Shown here: positions 1-11,142 of the stretch, one piece after another
How the letters are laid out: every line of letters starts with the position of its first letter
Numbering within the stretch: position 1 is the first letter of the stretch
Program-made: the position numbers and the translations under genes
The notes under the pieces: model-generated
What the model saw: only the letters and a program-made list of their open reading frames with translations
Told to the model about the DNA's origin: nothing
Database searches by the model: none
NCBI GenBank assembly: GCA_034530615.2
Contig: JAVRCV020000031.1
Coordinates: 64,001 to 128,000, forward strand
Length of the DNA: 64,000 nucleotides
Origin: Aulosira sp. ZfuVER01
GTDB lineage: Bacteria > Cyanobacteriota > Cyanobacteriia > Cyanobacteriales > Nostocaceae
Direction of reading: 5' to 3'

Positions 1-1061
1 GAAAGGTAATCAGCCGCCGCAGCGACAACTGCGATCGCACTTTCATAATCTAGGCGTGTTGGCCCCAAAACTCCCACACTCCCTACTGGTACGGAACCAC
101 GGCGGTAAGTAGAAGTAATCAAGGTGCAGGTACGTATCGGTTCTAGTGGGTTTTCAGCACCAATGCGAACATTTACCCGTGATTTACTCCGATCTTCACC
201 CTCTGGCTCTTCAAAGAGAAATCGTGAGAGTTGGTCTTGTTCTTCTTCCAACAGATGGATAATTGTCTGTACTTGCTGTAGCTGAGAAAATTCTGGCTGA
301 CGCAAAACTTCTGCTACTCCCCGAACCAGAATTTGCGTTGCTGCTGGTGTAACACTCCGGCGAGTCAATTCTGCAACGGAATTTTTCAAGAATTCGCCAT
401 AACGTTGGAATTCCCGATCCAATTGACTCCAGTCAAGATTGGCTAATTCCAGCAAACTGCGTCCCCGCAAGTGGCTATTCAAAAAGTTAGAAACAATTTG
501 CAATTCGCGATCGATCACTTCTGCATCGAGTTTTGTCTCGTCTCGCGTCGGTGACAAATCCATCAGTCTGGAATGGGTTTCGTAACCATCAGTGACTACA
601 ATCAGCATGATTCGCCCAGTTTCAATTTGCACCAATTGCAAATGTCGCAACAATGCTGTATTTTGTTGCGGCATGGTAATCAAGCTGATACAGCCACTCA
701 AGGTTGCTAGAATTTGTCCTGCTCCTTGCAATAGAGCCTCCAAACTCCAATCTTCCCAGTGGAGGCGTTGTTGCAGTGCTAGCTCTACTTCTTTGGCTAA
801 AGTTTCTGAAGGCGTAATTAAGCGATCGACATAAATGCGATAGCCCGAATCAGAAGGTACTCGTCCAGCAGATGTGTGTGGTTGGTACAGTAGCCCAGAT
901 TTTTCTAGGACACCCATCACATTGCGAATTGTGGCAGAACTAACACCCAGGTCGTACTCTTCAATTAAAGCTTTTGACCCAACAGGCTCTGCCGTAGCAA
1001 TGTAGTGACGTACTGTTGCCCAAAGTATATGCTGTTGTCGATTTGTCAACTGGACTTGCAT
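1..1061 (-). CDS. hrcA: Heat-inducible transcription repressor HrcA (runs off the window start, 3' partial)
   Basis: Not in the ORF track. Manual translation of the minus strand from CAT at 1059-1061 gives [32 protein letters not shown]...[39 protein letters not shown], the HrcA wHTH signature. Confidence 0.95.
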   Translation of the reverse strand, partial: MQVQLTNRQQHILWATVRHYIATAEPVGSKALIEEYDLGVSSATIRNVMGVLEKSGLLYQPHTSAGRVPSDSGYRIYVDRLITPSETLAKEVELALQQRLHWEDWSLEALLQGAGQILATLSGCISLITMPQQNTALLRHLQLVQIETGRIMLIVVTDGYETHSRLMDLSPTRDETKLDAEVIDRELQIVSNFLNSHLRGRSLLELANLDWSQLDREFQRYGEFLKNSVAELTRRSVTPAATQILVRGVAEVLRQPEFSQLQQVQTIIHLLEEEQDQLSRFLFEEPEGEDRSKSRVNVRIGAENPLEPIRTCTLITSTYRRGSVPVGSVGVLGPTRLDYESAIAVVAAAADYL

Positions 1062-1504
1062 AGGTATTATTTACTGAAGGCAAATTTTAATCAAAGTTTG
1101 TAAAAGTTTGTGCTTTTTACAGCAAATGGAAAAAAATATTAATATTTAATTAATATATCTAATTGTGGATTAAGATAGCTGACTATTTAATTATAAAACA
1201 GTTAATTACTGTAAAGTTCCATATTTAGTAGCTTGATACTAGAGCTTGACTATCAACAGCAAAACTGCTAGTTTCAATTGGAATTTTTAGCTGATTAACC
1301 GTATTTTTTCATAAGCTTTTATTAAAAAATGTATTTCGTTGTACTGATTTTTTGGCTTTTGGGATATATGAGCTAAGAGAATCCTCTATACATAACTCAT
1401 CATGAGAAAATTCGCCAGTATTGCTACAAGGCGAGAATTTAATCTATTTGATCAATAGTAGAGTCAGTATTAAACGAGTAATATATCGTTCAAATCTTTA
1501 AGAA

Positions 1505-1852
1505 CTAATACTGAGGAATTGAATGGTCAACTAAGATGGAGTAAGCATCTATTCCACCCGATATGTTTCTCACATTTGTAAAACCTTGGGCAAGTAACCA
1601 CTGACACATCTGAGCAGAACGCATCCCGTGATGGCAGAGTACCAGGGTTTCAGCATGAGGATTTAAAATGGTAGGTATTTGATCGCCCCATTCGGCAAAT
1701 TCACTCAGAGGGAAGTTGACAAAGCCCTCAATGCTGGCGATCGCTAATTCTTGGGGTTCGCGCACATCTACTAGCTGAATACTAGAATCCTGAGCAGATA
1801 GACGTTGTGCCAGTTCTTCAACACTAATTTGGGGAATTGAGTTTCCGGTCAT
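1505..1852 (-). CDS. Rhodanese-like domain protein
   Basis: LVDVREPQE and active-site loop LCHHGMRS. Confidence 0.9.
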   Translation of the reverse strand: MTGNSIPQISVEELAQRLSAQDSSIQLVDVREPQELAIASIEGFVNFPLSEFAEWGDQIPTILNPHAETLVLCHHGMRSAQMCQWLLAQGFTNVRNISGGIDAYSILVDHSIPQY

Positions 1853-2037
1853 GAGGTTTTTGTAAACAATCCTATATCATTTATGTTGACAGAATATCTT
1901 GACCGTAGCATGAGCATCCATTCCTAAATTAATTAGTAGATATATATGCATTATGAGATATTGGGAAGGCAACTCAAATCGCTTGCCTTTTCCTTACTAT
2001 GCTTAGAAATTAAAGGCTTTCGAGGCGAGGAGGTTAA

Positions 2038-3702
2038 GTGAATAGGCAAAGCTCATTTTTTGGTTTCCTCGTAGCTGGTGTGATCGCACTGCTAGTAGTT
2101 GTTATTGCTGGCTTTTACTGGTTGTCCGGCAAAAGTCCAGTTAATATCACTGCTGCTACTTCCCAGCCTAGTGCTACCATCTTTGTGTCGAAGTTTTCCC
2201 CGGTGACAGTATCTTTGCTAGTGAATCCAGACCAGATCAAAGTCTTGGAGCGTGAAGGGGAATTATCTAAGCTGAAAACTAATTTATTAGCTAAAAGTAA
2301 CATTAATTACCAAGAAGATATTCAACCTTGGTTAGGTAACGAAATTACGCTAGCTTTAACTACTTTAGACATCGATCGCGACCCAGACAATGGACAGCAG
2401 CCTGGGTATTTGATGGCGCTAGCAACCACACAGCCAGAAAAAAGCCGTGAGTTTATCAATCTTTTATTTTCTAAGCGGGTACTAGCTGGGGCAAATTTGG
2501 GCACAGAAGAATATGAAGGCGTGAAGCTACTTTATGATAATCCGCCACCAAAGCAAGACTTTTTGGCTGGTGCAGCAGTTGGCGATCGCTTTGTGTTGTT
2601 CGCTAACGATCTCAAAGTTCTCAAAGATGCCATTAATAACGTCCAGGCTCCCGATCTCAATTTAAACAGCTCTGTGCAATATCAGAAAGCTACTCAACAA
2701 TTACCCAAAGGTGCATTGGCTTTGGCTTTCTTAAATCTCCCCACCTTAGCGAAATGGCAAGGTTTAGAACTGCGAGAACCAACTTATGACAGCGAAATTA
2801 TTTCTCTAGTTTTAAACTCTAAAGGATTAGTGGCAGATACGAGCTTTCTGAGTTCATCAGAAACGACTTCTCCATCTCCAACTCCTTTGCTATCCCAACC
2901 TGTAGGCGCATTGCAATATATCCCCCAATCAGCAGGTTTGGCAATCTCTGGCGCAAACTTGAGCAATTTAGGTGAAACGGATTTAGCTAAACTCTGGAAA
3001 CAAGCAACAGCGACTATATCTGGTTCTAACAAAGGTACGAATTCGCAAATAGCCAAGCCATTGAGTCAACTGCAAAACCGTTGGGGGATAAACTTGCCAG
3101 AAGATATATTCAGTTGGGTAAAAGGAGAATATGCGATCGCATTACTACCCCAAAACGAGCAAAAAACAGAGAGTTGGGTTTTTGCAGTGGAAAACACCCC
3201 AGAGGTAGCAGAAGGAATTTCGCGTTTAGATGCGATCGCATCTACCAAAGGACTGAATATTAATTCCCTCAACCTTAATAATCAAAAAATCTCGGCTTGG
3301 ACAGATTTAATAGCTACAAGTAAAAAACTTGACGATCAAGACCGTCTTTCTTACACCGTTGAGACAAAAGTCCAGGGAGTGCATACAACTCTCGGAAATT
3401 ACGAAATTTTCACTTCCGATTTGGAAACAATGGCGGAAATACTCTCAGCTAAAGACAATTCCTTAGTTAAAAATCGTAATTTTCAAGATAGTATCGCTAC
3501 TATTCCCCAGCCCAACCAAGGTTACGTATATCTTGACTGGAAAAAAAGTCAAAATCTTGTAGAGCGACAGTTACCAATTCTCAAACTAGTAGAACTAGTA
3601 GGAAAGCCATTTTTTGAGAATTTGCGATCGCTTACAGTTAGTAGTTACGGTAGTGAAACAGGATTACTCAAAGGTCGGGTTTTCTTCAAACTCCAACCTT
3701 AA
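2038..3702 (+). CDS. DUF3352-like membrane-anchored protein
   Basis: N-terminal TM helix; INYQEDIQPWLGNEITLA motif typical of cyanobacterial DUF3352; GAGG RBS before GTG. Confidence 0.7.
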   Translation: MNRQSSFFGFLVAGVIALLVVVIAGFYWLSGKSPVNITAATSQPSATIFVSKFSPVTVSLLVNPDQIKVLEREGELSKLKTNLLAKSNINYQEDIQPWLGNEITLALTTLDIDRDPDNGQQPGYLMALATTQPEKSREFINLLFSKRVLAGANLGTEEYEGVKLLYDNPPPKQDFLAGAAVGDRFVLFANDLKVLKDAINNVQAPDLNLNSSVQYQKATQQLPKGALALAFLNLPTLAKWQGLELREPTYDSEIISLVLNSKGLVADTSFLSSSETTSPSPTPLLSQPVGALQYIPQSAGLAISGANLSNLGETDLAKLWKQATATISGSNKGTNSQIAKPLSQLQNRWGINLPEDIFSWVKGEYAIALLPQNEQKTESWVFAVENTPEVAEGISRLDAIASTKGLNINSLNLNNQKISAWTDLIATSKKLDDQDRLSYTVETKVQGVHTTLGNYEIFTSDLETMAEILSAKDNSLVKNRNFQDSIATIPQPNQGYVYLDWKKSQNLVERQLPILKLVELVGKPFFENLRSLTVSSYGSETGLLKGRVFFKLQP

Positions 3703-3966
3703 TATTTATATCCTGCAAAAAACAAGGTTGAACCTGTTTTATCTGAACATCAGGTTTAACCTTGGTGATTTTGAATTCCCTATAATTTTTAAGCCGAAGA
3801 CAGTGGCACTGTGAAAGTTGAATTTCTAAATTCACTTCACAACTTAAACCTTTTCAACCCTTAATTGTGGCAGATTTCAAGCTGGCACAAATTGGTCAAT
3901 CCTACGGTTTTTAAATTACAATATGTATATATAGTTACTTATAAAATTAATTGTTGGAGGACTACT

Positions 3967-4458
3967 ATGAAATATTGTCGCCTCCGGCTTAAGTCTCAAT
4001 GTGGCTGGCTTTTGGCTATAGTTACCGCCATTATGGCTCAACCTGTAATAGCACAGACAGCAAACTTTGGCACACTCAAGCTGTCAACGGGGTTCACTCC
4101 CGCACAAGGAATAATTGAAGGTTACACAGGCGGTTCTTATCCCCTGTCAGCTATTAGCAACCGCGATCGCGATAAAAAAGCTTGCATTGGCTTTGCCGAT
4201 CCAAAACCAGATCACATCCTGGTTTTAGAAAAAGACTTTGCTCGCCTCAAACTACTAGTCAACAGTGGGGGAAAAGATACCACTTTACTGATCAAAGGCC
4301 CTGACGAAAAAACAATTCGCTGTGGTGATGATACTGGTAAGAGTAAAGATGCCAGTATTGATGACCAAAACTTCAAGCATGGAACCTATGAAGTTTGGGT
4401 AGGTACATTTAATTCTGGCGTTAAGCACAATTACACTTTGACAGTAGAGCAGCCGTGA
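3967..4458 (+). CDS. Secreted hypothetical protein (PPC-like beta domain)
   Basis: GGAGG RBS before ATG 3967; signal-peptide-like N-terminus; CIGFA..PDHIL, DTTLLIKGP, CGDD, GTYEVWVG motifs. Confidence 0.65.
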   Translation: MKYCRLRLKSQCGWLLAIVTAIMAQPVIAQTANFGTLKLSTGFTPAQGIIEGYTGGSYPLSAISNRDRDKKACIGFADPKPDHILVLEKDFARLKLLVNSGGKDTTLLIKGPDEKTIRCGDDTGKSKDASIDDQNFKHGTYEVWVGTFNSGVKHNYTLTVEQP

Positions 4459-4573
4459 TGGGGGATGAGGGGGACAAGGGAGACAAATGCCCATTGACCA
4501 ACTTTGTTACGAGAAACACATGGAACGATAATATGGGAAAGTAGCTCGTTTTGCTTTCCGAGGGTACTATCTC

Positions 4574-5338
4574 GTGCTATCTACACTGCGTACCGACTTT
4601 CGTATCATCTTTGAACGTGACCCAGCTGCCCGCAACTGGTTGGAAGTGTTATTCTGCTACCCCGGTTTGCAAGCTTTGCTATTTCATCGGCTGGCTCACT
4701 GGCTGTATGTTATTGGCATTCCTTTTATCCCCCGTCTGATATCTCATATTGCTCGGTTTTTTACAGGAATTGAAATTCACCCAGGCGCAGCAATTGGACA
4801 TGGTGTGTTTATCGATCATGGTATGGGTGTGGTCATTGGTGAAACAGCGATCGTGGGAGACTATGCCCTAATTTATCAAGGTGTCACCCTTGGTGGTACT
4901 GGTAAAGAAAGTGGTAAACGCCATCCAACCTTGGGTGAAAATGTTGTGGTTGGTGCTGGTGCAAAAGTACTCGGCAACATTCAAATCGGAAACAATGTCC
5001 GCATTGGTGCTGGATCGGTTGTCCTCAGGGATGTCCCATCTAGTTGCACAGTTGTTGGTGTACCAGGTCGCATTATCTATCGTTCTGGAGTCAGGGTTGC
5101 GCCTCTAGAACACAACAACTTACCAGATTCAGAAGCTGAAGTAATTCGCGCGTTAGTAGACCGGATTGAAGCGCTCGAAGAACAAATACAACGTCTTCAG
5201 CCCGCCAATTCATCTAATAAAATTCCTGTTTTGGTTGGTAATTTATCATCCAGTCAAGATGAATTAACAGAAGACCTCCCTTTGTGTAACCTCAGAGATA
5301 AGGCAATTCAGCAGTTTCTTGATGGTGCAGGTATATAA
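4574..5338 (+). CDS. cysE: Serine O-acetyltransferase
   Basis: [33 protein letters not shown] hexapeptide motifs. Confidence 0.97.
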   Translation: MLSTLRTDFRIIFERDPAARNWLEVLFCYPGLQALLFHRLAHWLYVIGIPFIPRLISHIARFFTGIEIHPGAAIGHGVFIDHGMGVVIGETAIVGDYALIYQGVTLGGTGKESGKRHPTLGENVVVGAGAKVLGNIQIGNNVRIGAGSVVLRDVPSSCTVVGVPGRIIYRSGVRVAPLEHNNLPDSEAEVIRALVDRIEALEEQIQRLQPANSSNKIPVLVGNLSSSQDELTEDLPLCNLRDKAIQQFLDGAGI

Positions 5339-5416
5339 CAAGGGTCAAAGGTCAATAGTCCAGAGTCTAAATCCCCCCTGCTTCCTCATTCCCCTTCTCT
5401 CATCTCTTATTCCCCA

Positions 5417-6001
5417 TTAAGGATTAATTTCTTTAGTAGACCACTCGTACTGGTCGTTGCGGTAGTATAACCAACGATTTTGTGGTTCGCCGCGTAATTC
5501 TAAATGATCTACCTGTAAAGGGTCGAGTAGCAGTAAGCAAAAATTCGGTAGTGGCTGGCGGGGATCTGGTGGTAGTGGTTTAAAAGCAGCTTGTTCATTC
5601 TTATTTCTCCCTTTGCCAGGATGAGGCCAAGCAAATTGTATCCGCGCTGCATCACTCAACTCTTGCCAGGTTGTAGCGCGTGCTGGTGCTAGTTCGGCTT
5701 GAGAATCACTTCCTACTAAAGTTAAACAACCAGTGATGCGGAATTGTTCTCGTGTATTGGGAAAGTACCAGCAGACTTCCGCCCAAGGTTGTTGCTGTAT
5801 CTGTTCAGCTTTTTCGCTACGGGAATCAGTAATAAATTTAAGCTGGTTAGTAGCTTCCAAAAAGCCACGAAAAACTACAGTTCGATTAGCAGGTAGACCA
5901 TTTACCCGGACTGTTGCTAGTTGTAAGTAACGGGCATAAGCCAGACTGCGATTTTGATGCAGGGCGCGGGCGATCGCACTTCGCCAGGGAGCAAGAGACA
6001 T
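5417..6001 (-). CDS. FMN-dependent PPOX-type flavoprotein (Npun_F5749-like family)
   Basis: YLQLATV...PANRTVVFRGF, TDSRSEK, EQFRI, VDHLEL; probable start MSLAPWRS. Confidence 0.85.
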   Translation of the reverse strand: MSLAPWRSAIARALHQNRSLAYARYLQLATVRVNGLPANRTVVFRGFLEATNQLKFITDSRSEKAEQIQQQPWAEVCWYFPNTREQFRITGCLTLVGSDSQAELAPARATTWQELSDAARIQFAWPHPGKGRNKNEQAAFKPLPPDPRQPLPNFCLLLLDPLQVDHLELRGEPQNRWLYYRNDQYEWSTKEINP

Positions 6002-6157
6002 TGGGCTGCAAAAGAGAAACAATATTATACATTATGGATTGATGTTGCACTTTGTACTGTTGTAAAGCAAGCGCAAGTTGTCCCTTTTGGCAATCTTTAA
6101 TCCTGAATCTACTTAGTCTATAGTCTTAATCTGTCAGCACGCAACAAGACTGGATTT

Positions 6158-8455
6158 ATGGTTCGAGAGCTTGAAAGAAAACGCCAGAGTGCAAAGTTTC
6201 CGGAAACTGCCCCCGCAGCTAATCCTGTATTTTTCAGAACCTATAGCCGTCGCAGTCCGGCAGGGTTGAGGGAAACGTGGGATGAAGTATGCGATCGCAC
6301 TCTAATGGGCTTAGTCGAACTGGGGAAACTCAGCCTCGAAGAAGCAGCTATTTTAGACAAGATGCAGCGTAATATGAAAGCCTTACCCAGTGGGCGCTGG
6401 TTATGGGTTGGTGGTACAGATTGGATAGCCAAGCCCAAAAACTTTTCTGGGGCTTACAATTGCACCTCCACCAATCTCCAAGACTGGAAAGCCTTTGGGT
6501 TAATGATGGATTTAGCGATGATGGGTTGTGGTACGGGAGCCATCATAGAACCAAGATATATTAATCAACTACCCTCAATCCGCAATCGTCTGAATATAAA
6601 TGTACAGGGTGAAATCGGTGCTACTCCTAAAGAACAGCGTCGGGAGTATACGGAAATCTCTATAGAGGGTAATCAAGTCACTATCCAAGTTGGTGATAGC
6701 CGTCAAGGTTGGGTGAAATCTTATCAAACCCTGTTAGAACTCTCCACAGATGAGAGATTTAGCGGGGAAGTTCAAGTATTCGTTGATATTAGTGATGTTC
6801 GCCAAGCCGGAGAAACTCTAAAAGGATTTGGAGGAGTTGCAAATCCGGTTAAATTGCCCATACTTTACGAAAATTGTGCATCTATTCTGAATAAAGCTTT
6901 AGGACGGCAATTAAATTCCGTTGAATGCTGTTTACTCATTGATCAAGCTGCTGTAACAATTGTTGCAGGTAATATCAGAAGAAGCGCGGGTATGCGTCAG
7001 TTCAGATCTGACGATCAATTAGGAGCCACTGCCAAAGATAATTTGTGGCAGCAAGATGCAGAAGGTAACTGGCGAATTGATCCAGAACGTGATGCTCTCC
7101 GGATGGCAAACCATACGAGAGTTTTTCATCGCAAGCCGACATTAGAAGAATCTATTGATGCTGTTCGCAAACAGTATTACAGCGGTGAAGGAGCAATTCA
7201 ATGGGCTGGGGAAGCAGTAGCTAGAGCTAACGTTGATTTGCTACCAACATCGGCATTGAAAGTTGATTTTCTCAAAGCTTACGAACAAGGAACAGCAAAA
7301 GATTGGTTGCAAGAAAACTATGCAAATCTCGATGCTGAGGAGATAGAACATCGTTTAGCTAGGTTCGGTCTAAATCCTTGTGGTGAAATTATTGGCAGCA
7401 ACTTCCACTGTAATTTGTCAGAAGTTCACCTTAATCAACTCGATCCCCATAACTATAAAGAACAAGAGGAAGCTTTCACCGCTGGAGCGCTTTCTGTAGC
7501 CGCACTATTAAATCATCAATTCCTCGAACCTCGCTATCAAAAAAGCCGAGAACTAGATCCAATTGTCGGGGTTTCTTTCACAGGCTTATTTGATTTCTTT
7601 GTCAATGCTTTTGGTGTTGATTGGTTGCGTTGGTGGGAAGCAGGAAGACCCGCCACTCCACAAGGATTGGCATTTAAACGCCAAGAAGAGAAATATCTGA
7701 GCTTCTGGAAGGATATTGTACATCGGGTTGTTTGGGAATACTGCGATCGCCACAATCTCAAACGTCCAAATCGCTGTACAACAGTCCAACCCAGTGGTAC
7801 TAAAGCATTATTAACAGGTGCTAGTTCCGGCTGGCATCCCCCCAAAGCCCAAAGATTTATTCGCCGGATCACTTTCCGCAAAAATGACCCAGTAGCCTTA
7901 GCTTGTATTGACTATGGTTACAACGTTATTCCTTCTCAATCTGACAAAGATGAACATGGTCATTTACTTAACGATCCCTTCGATCCTCGTGTTAGCGAAT
8001 GGTTAGTTGAAATTCCTGTTGCTGTACCTTGGGCAGATTTACCAGGAGCCGATCAAATCGATGTTTCTAAGTTTTCTGCCTTAGCTCAATTAGATTTTGT
8101 TCTCCAAGTTCAGCAACATTATGTCACTCATAACACCTCTGCAACTTTAGAGCTACGTTCTGAAGAAGTTGAGCCTCTGGGACAGCGCATTTACGAAGCT
8201 ATCCAGAATGATGAAGGCTATATTTCGGCAGCACTTTTAGCTCGTTTTGATGATTTGCAATCATTCCCACGTTTGCCATTTGAACCAATAGATAAACTCA
8301 CCTACGAGCGTTTAACTCAAGAAGTGAAAGCACGACGTAAAACAGATGATTTCTGTGCAGTGCTAAGTCGCTATGATTTAGGTGAATTAGCTGAAGCTGG
8401 CCCCTCTGGCTGTGACTCTGATAAATGTATGTTTCCTGTGCAGGAACCAAACTAA
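6158..8455 (+). CDS. nrdJ: Class II (adenosylcobalamin-dependent) ribonucleoside-triphosphate reductase
   Basis: YNCT, VAGNIRRSA, GLNPCGEI (radical Cys), TTVQPSGT, C-terminal GCDSDKC redox pair. Confidence 0.95.
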   Translation: MVRELERKRQSAKFPETAPAANPVFFRTYSRRSPAGLRETWDEVCDRTLMGLVELGKLSLEEAAILDKMQRNMKALPSGRWLWVGGTDWIAKPKNFSGAYNCTSTNLQDWKAFGLMMDLAMMGCGTGAIIEPRYINQLPSIRNRLNINVQGEIGATPKEQRREYTEISIEGNQVTIQVGDSRQGWVKSYQTLLELSTDERFSGEVQVFVDISDVRQAGETLKGFGGVANPVKLPILYENCASILNKALGRQLNSVECCLLIDQAAVTIVAGNIRRSAGMRQFRSDDQLGATAKDNLWQQDAEGNWRIDPERDALRMANHTRVFHRKPTLEESIDAVRKQYYSGEGAIQWAGEAVARANVDLLPTSALKVDFLKAYEQGTAKDWLQENYANLDAEEIEHRLARFGLNPCGEIIGSNFHCNLSEVHLNQLDPHNYKEQEEAFTAGALSVAALLNHQFLEPRYQKSRELDPIVGVSFTGLFDFFVNAFGVDWLRWWEAGRPATPQGLAFKRQEEKYLSFWKDIVHRVVWEYCDRHNLKRPNRCTTVQPSGTKALLTGASSGWHPPKAQRFIRRITFRKNDPVALACIDYGYNVIPSQSDKDEHGHLLNDPFDPRVSEWLVEIPVAVPWADLPGADQIDVSKFSALAQLDFVLQVQQHYVTHNTSATLELRSEEVEPLGQRIYEAIQNDEGYISAALLARFDDLQSFPRLPFEPIDKLTYERLTQEVKARRKTDDFCAVLSRYDLGELAEAGPSGCDSDKCMFPVQEPN

Positions 8456-8496
8456 TAAAGCACAATGACAAGTAAATAAGGATGCAGTGAAAACTT

Positions 8497-8529
8497 AGAT
8501 CCCTGACTTCTTTGAGAAGTCGGGGATTT
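8497..8529. repeat. REP-like/small dispersed palindrome downstream of nrdJ (possible terminator)
   Basis: AGATCCCTGACTTCT-TTG-AGAAGTCGGGGATTT imperfect inverted repeat. Confidence 0.65.
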
Positions 8530-8625
8530 GATTATCGTCAGTTATATTTATATCTCACATAAAACAGGGCATTTTAGCTGAAAACTAATATAAATCTGCA
8601 TTGTCAGCACAGCCGATTAATTGTC

Positions 8626-9360
8626 ATGATTACTCTATACAAAACACCTCCAGCGTGGAATTTACCAAGTCTTAGCCCACCCTGTATGAAGCTTGAAACT
8701 TGGCTACGTATGGCCAAAATCTTTTACAAAACTAATACAAACATCGATTTAGCAGCAGCCCCAAAAGGCAAGATACCATTCATCGAATATCAAGGAGAGC
8801 TAATTGGTGACTCCACTTTAATTATTGAGATGTTGAAGCAAAAAGATGGTACAGACCTCGATGAAGGCTTGACAGCTACTGAAAGTGCCACATCTCTTGC
8901 TTTCCGTAGAATGATCAAAGAGAACATTTACTGGGGTCTGGGTGAGATTCGCTTTCAGGTTGAAGAAAATTGGCAAATCTATCGAGAACTATTAGCTAAG
9001 TACTTTCCTCAAATGCCAACAGTCGAATTACAAAACCTTTTGGAAGGTATACGTCAAAGTTTTTGCTCTCAGATGTATGGTCATGGTATGGGTCGTCATA
9101 GCAGTGAGGAAATATTTTTTCTAATAAGTGCTGATTTCCAAGCACTCTCAGATTTCCTGGCTGAAAAACCATTTTTTATGGGAGATAAACCCACAACTGT
9201 AGATGCAACTTTGTATGCTTATGTCGGTAATGCCATTAAGCCACCATTTAAACACCCTATTATTGACTATGTTCTTCAACTATCAAATCTCTGCCAGCAT
9301 TATGAACGAATGACTCAGCTATTTTTCAGCGATACTGAGTTAGATCGTGGTAGTGCTTGA
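8626..9360 (+). CDS. Glutathione S-transferase-like protein (metaxin/FAX-like)
   Basis: SLSPPCMKLETWLRM, PKGKIPFIE, IGDSTLII, FFMGDKPTTVDA. Confidence 0.88.
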   Translation: MITLYKTPPAWNLPSLSPPCMKLETWLRMAKIFYKTNTNIDLAAAPKGKIPFIEYQGELIGDSTLIIEMLKQKDGTDLDEGLTATESATSLAFRRMIKENIYWGLGEIRFQVEENWQIYRELLAKYFPQMPTVELQNLLEGIRQSFCSQMYGHGMGRHSSEEIFFLISADFQALSDFLAEKPFFMGDKPTTVDATLYAYVGNAIKPPFKHPIIDYVLQLSNLCQHYERMTQLFFSDTELDRGSA

Positions 9361-9484
9361 TTGACCATTTCTGACCTCTTCAGCAACTAGATGTATAATT
9401 TGCTACCAATAATCTAAGATTGATTTTCACGTTACGATCAATAAAGAAGTAATAATTTTCTAAGACATTACCAGGAGATTCTTA

Positions 9485-9703
9485 ATGTTCATTGATGAAT
9501 TGTCACCGATCTTTAAAGAATTTACTCAACATCCAGTCTCATTTTTGGGTGGATTCTTTTCGGGTATGTTTCGGCTCAACCTTGCAGACGATCCCGTAAA
9601 AAGCTGGCTGGATAAACAAACAGGCTCTAGCAATTATACCTCAACTGCAACTGAGGCTAATAATGGTAAAGCGGCTGGCCCCCAACAAATTGCTATTGAA
9701 TAA
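9485..9703 (+). CDS. Conserved small cyanobacterial protein
   Basis: AGGAG RBS; PVSFLGGFFSG..RLNLADDPVKSWL and C-terminal GPQQIAIE pattern. Confidence 0.75.
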   Translation: MFIDELSPIFKEFTQHPVSFLGGFFSGMFRLNLADDPVKSWLDKQTGSSNYTSTATEANNGKAAGPQQIAIE

Positions 9704-9733
9704 TGGTCAGATAATTTAGATTTTAGTAACTGG

Positions 9734-9766
9734 AAGGTCTGCTGATTGTGGGCAGACCTTTATCTT
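9734..9766 (+). terminator. Putative rho-independent terminator
   Basis: AAGGTCTGC/GCAGACCTT 9-bp stem followed by a T-rich tail. Confidence 0.6.
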
Positions 9767-9941
9767 TAACTCTGCTTGCACAGAAGAGCAGATAGCAAGT
9801 TTGATTTACTCAATTCAATTCCTATAGCCATGAGTAAATTACCCTAACTTCAAAACTTATATTCCCATAATAAGCGTGTATTGAAAAAGTACAACTGGGC
9901 AACTGAAGCGGCTAATAGAGAATTCAGTCTGTAAACTATAT

Positions 9942-10067
9942 ATGACTTACGCAAAGGTTACGGAATTACGTCATGACGAGCGCAGCGACGTAATCGCCTA
10001 AAATTCTGGGATTGCTTCCCTACACTCCGTTCCGGTCGCAATGACAAATTGTGTTTGCGTAAGCCCT
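9942..10067. mobile_element. Miniature inverted-repeat element with a nested REP-like palindrome
   Basis: Terminal IRs ATGACTTACGCAAA / TTTGCGTAAGCCCT; internal GTCAT...GATTGCTTC...GTCGCAATGAC palindrome (9970-10045). Confidence 0.65.
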
Positions 10068-10358
10068 GCTATAAAACAAAATCCTTGAAAATATAATAAT
10101 TATAAGAGTTGCTGATTTTATACTATGAGGGTTTGTAAAATCTCATACTTTGAAAAACAGCACGATCAGTTATTATATGAGCGTACGAGTAAGTTCAGCC
10201 ACATGGCACACATAGTTGTAGACAATACCACAGTTAAGGTTGCCGCCTTACAACATTTGCCAATGATGAATCAGAGGAAACTATGCAAAATTTGCAAGTT
10301 ACTTAGATCTGTTCTTTAGCTGAACTCATCGCTCCTTGTTGAAACTTACGTGACCCAT

Positions 10359-10643
10359 ATGACTATTTACGTTGGAAATCTCTCCTACCGCGCTACCGAA
10401 GCGGACTTAACAGCAGTATTTGCAGATTATGGCGAAGTCAAAAGGGTAGTTTTACCTACCGACCGCGAAACAGGCAGACTGCGGGGCTTTGCATTTGTGG
10501 ATATGACTGAAGATGCCCAAGAAGATGCTGCGATCGCAGAATTAGATGGTGCAGAATGGATGGGGCGTCAACTCAGAGTCAATAAAGCTAAACCAAGAGA
10601 AGATAACCGACGAGGTAGCTGGGCGAAAAAACAAGAGGTATAA
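10359..10643 (+). CDS. rbpD: RRM RNA-binding protein without Gly-rich tail (RbpD-type)
   Basis: RNP2 IYVGNL and RNP1 RGFAFV; short basic tail; position upstream of fbp. Confidence 0.85.
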   Translation: MTIYVGNLSYRATEADLTAVFADYGEVKRVVLPTDRETGRLRGFAFVDMTEDAQEDAAIAELDGAEWMGRQLRVNKAKPREDNRRGSWAKKQEV

Positions 10644-11142
10644 AAAGAGCGAAATCTAATAATAACAAATTGTTTTCTAGTTATGCAAGACATTAGTCAG
10701 TAAAATTTACTAGAAACAATGCACAATCAAATAACTTACTAGAATTTTACCCGGCTAGTTATGATGAGTAGGCAAATCTCACCGCTAGTCGGTTTTTCAC
10801 ACCCCAATTTATTGCTTGCAGGACTTACTCACAAGCATTCGCCTATTCCATACCCACAGGGCTTGGTAAACCTCAGTGCATCAGAACTCGATAAATCTGG
10901 AATTATGCGTCGTAGCTACAAGATTTAAGGTACCAAGAATACTAAGTAGATTTGCTCAAATATATCCCTGTACATTGGCGATTGCCCTAGGCAAGACAGC
11001 CAAAATATATTCATTTCTTTAGTTTATCTAAAAACAAATCTAGGTTATCAAATTACCTTTCTAAGATAGAGGCAGCGACCATCATAAATTGTCATAAACG
11101 GCATTAGCCGAATCAACACATAGTCCTAGGGAGAACAAGACA

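Noticed and set aside
592..834. 80-aa + strand ORF
   Set aside because: Antisense shadow of hrcA
1062..1504. CIRCE element upstream of hrcA
   Set aside because: No TTAGCACTC-N9-GAGTGCTAA match found
6023..6157. Cobalamin riboswitch upstream of nrdJ
   Set aside because: The short divergent intergenic region has no recognisable B12-box
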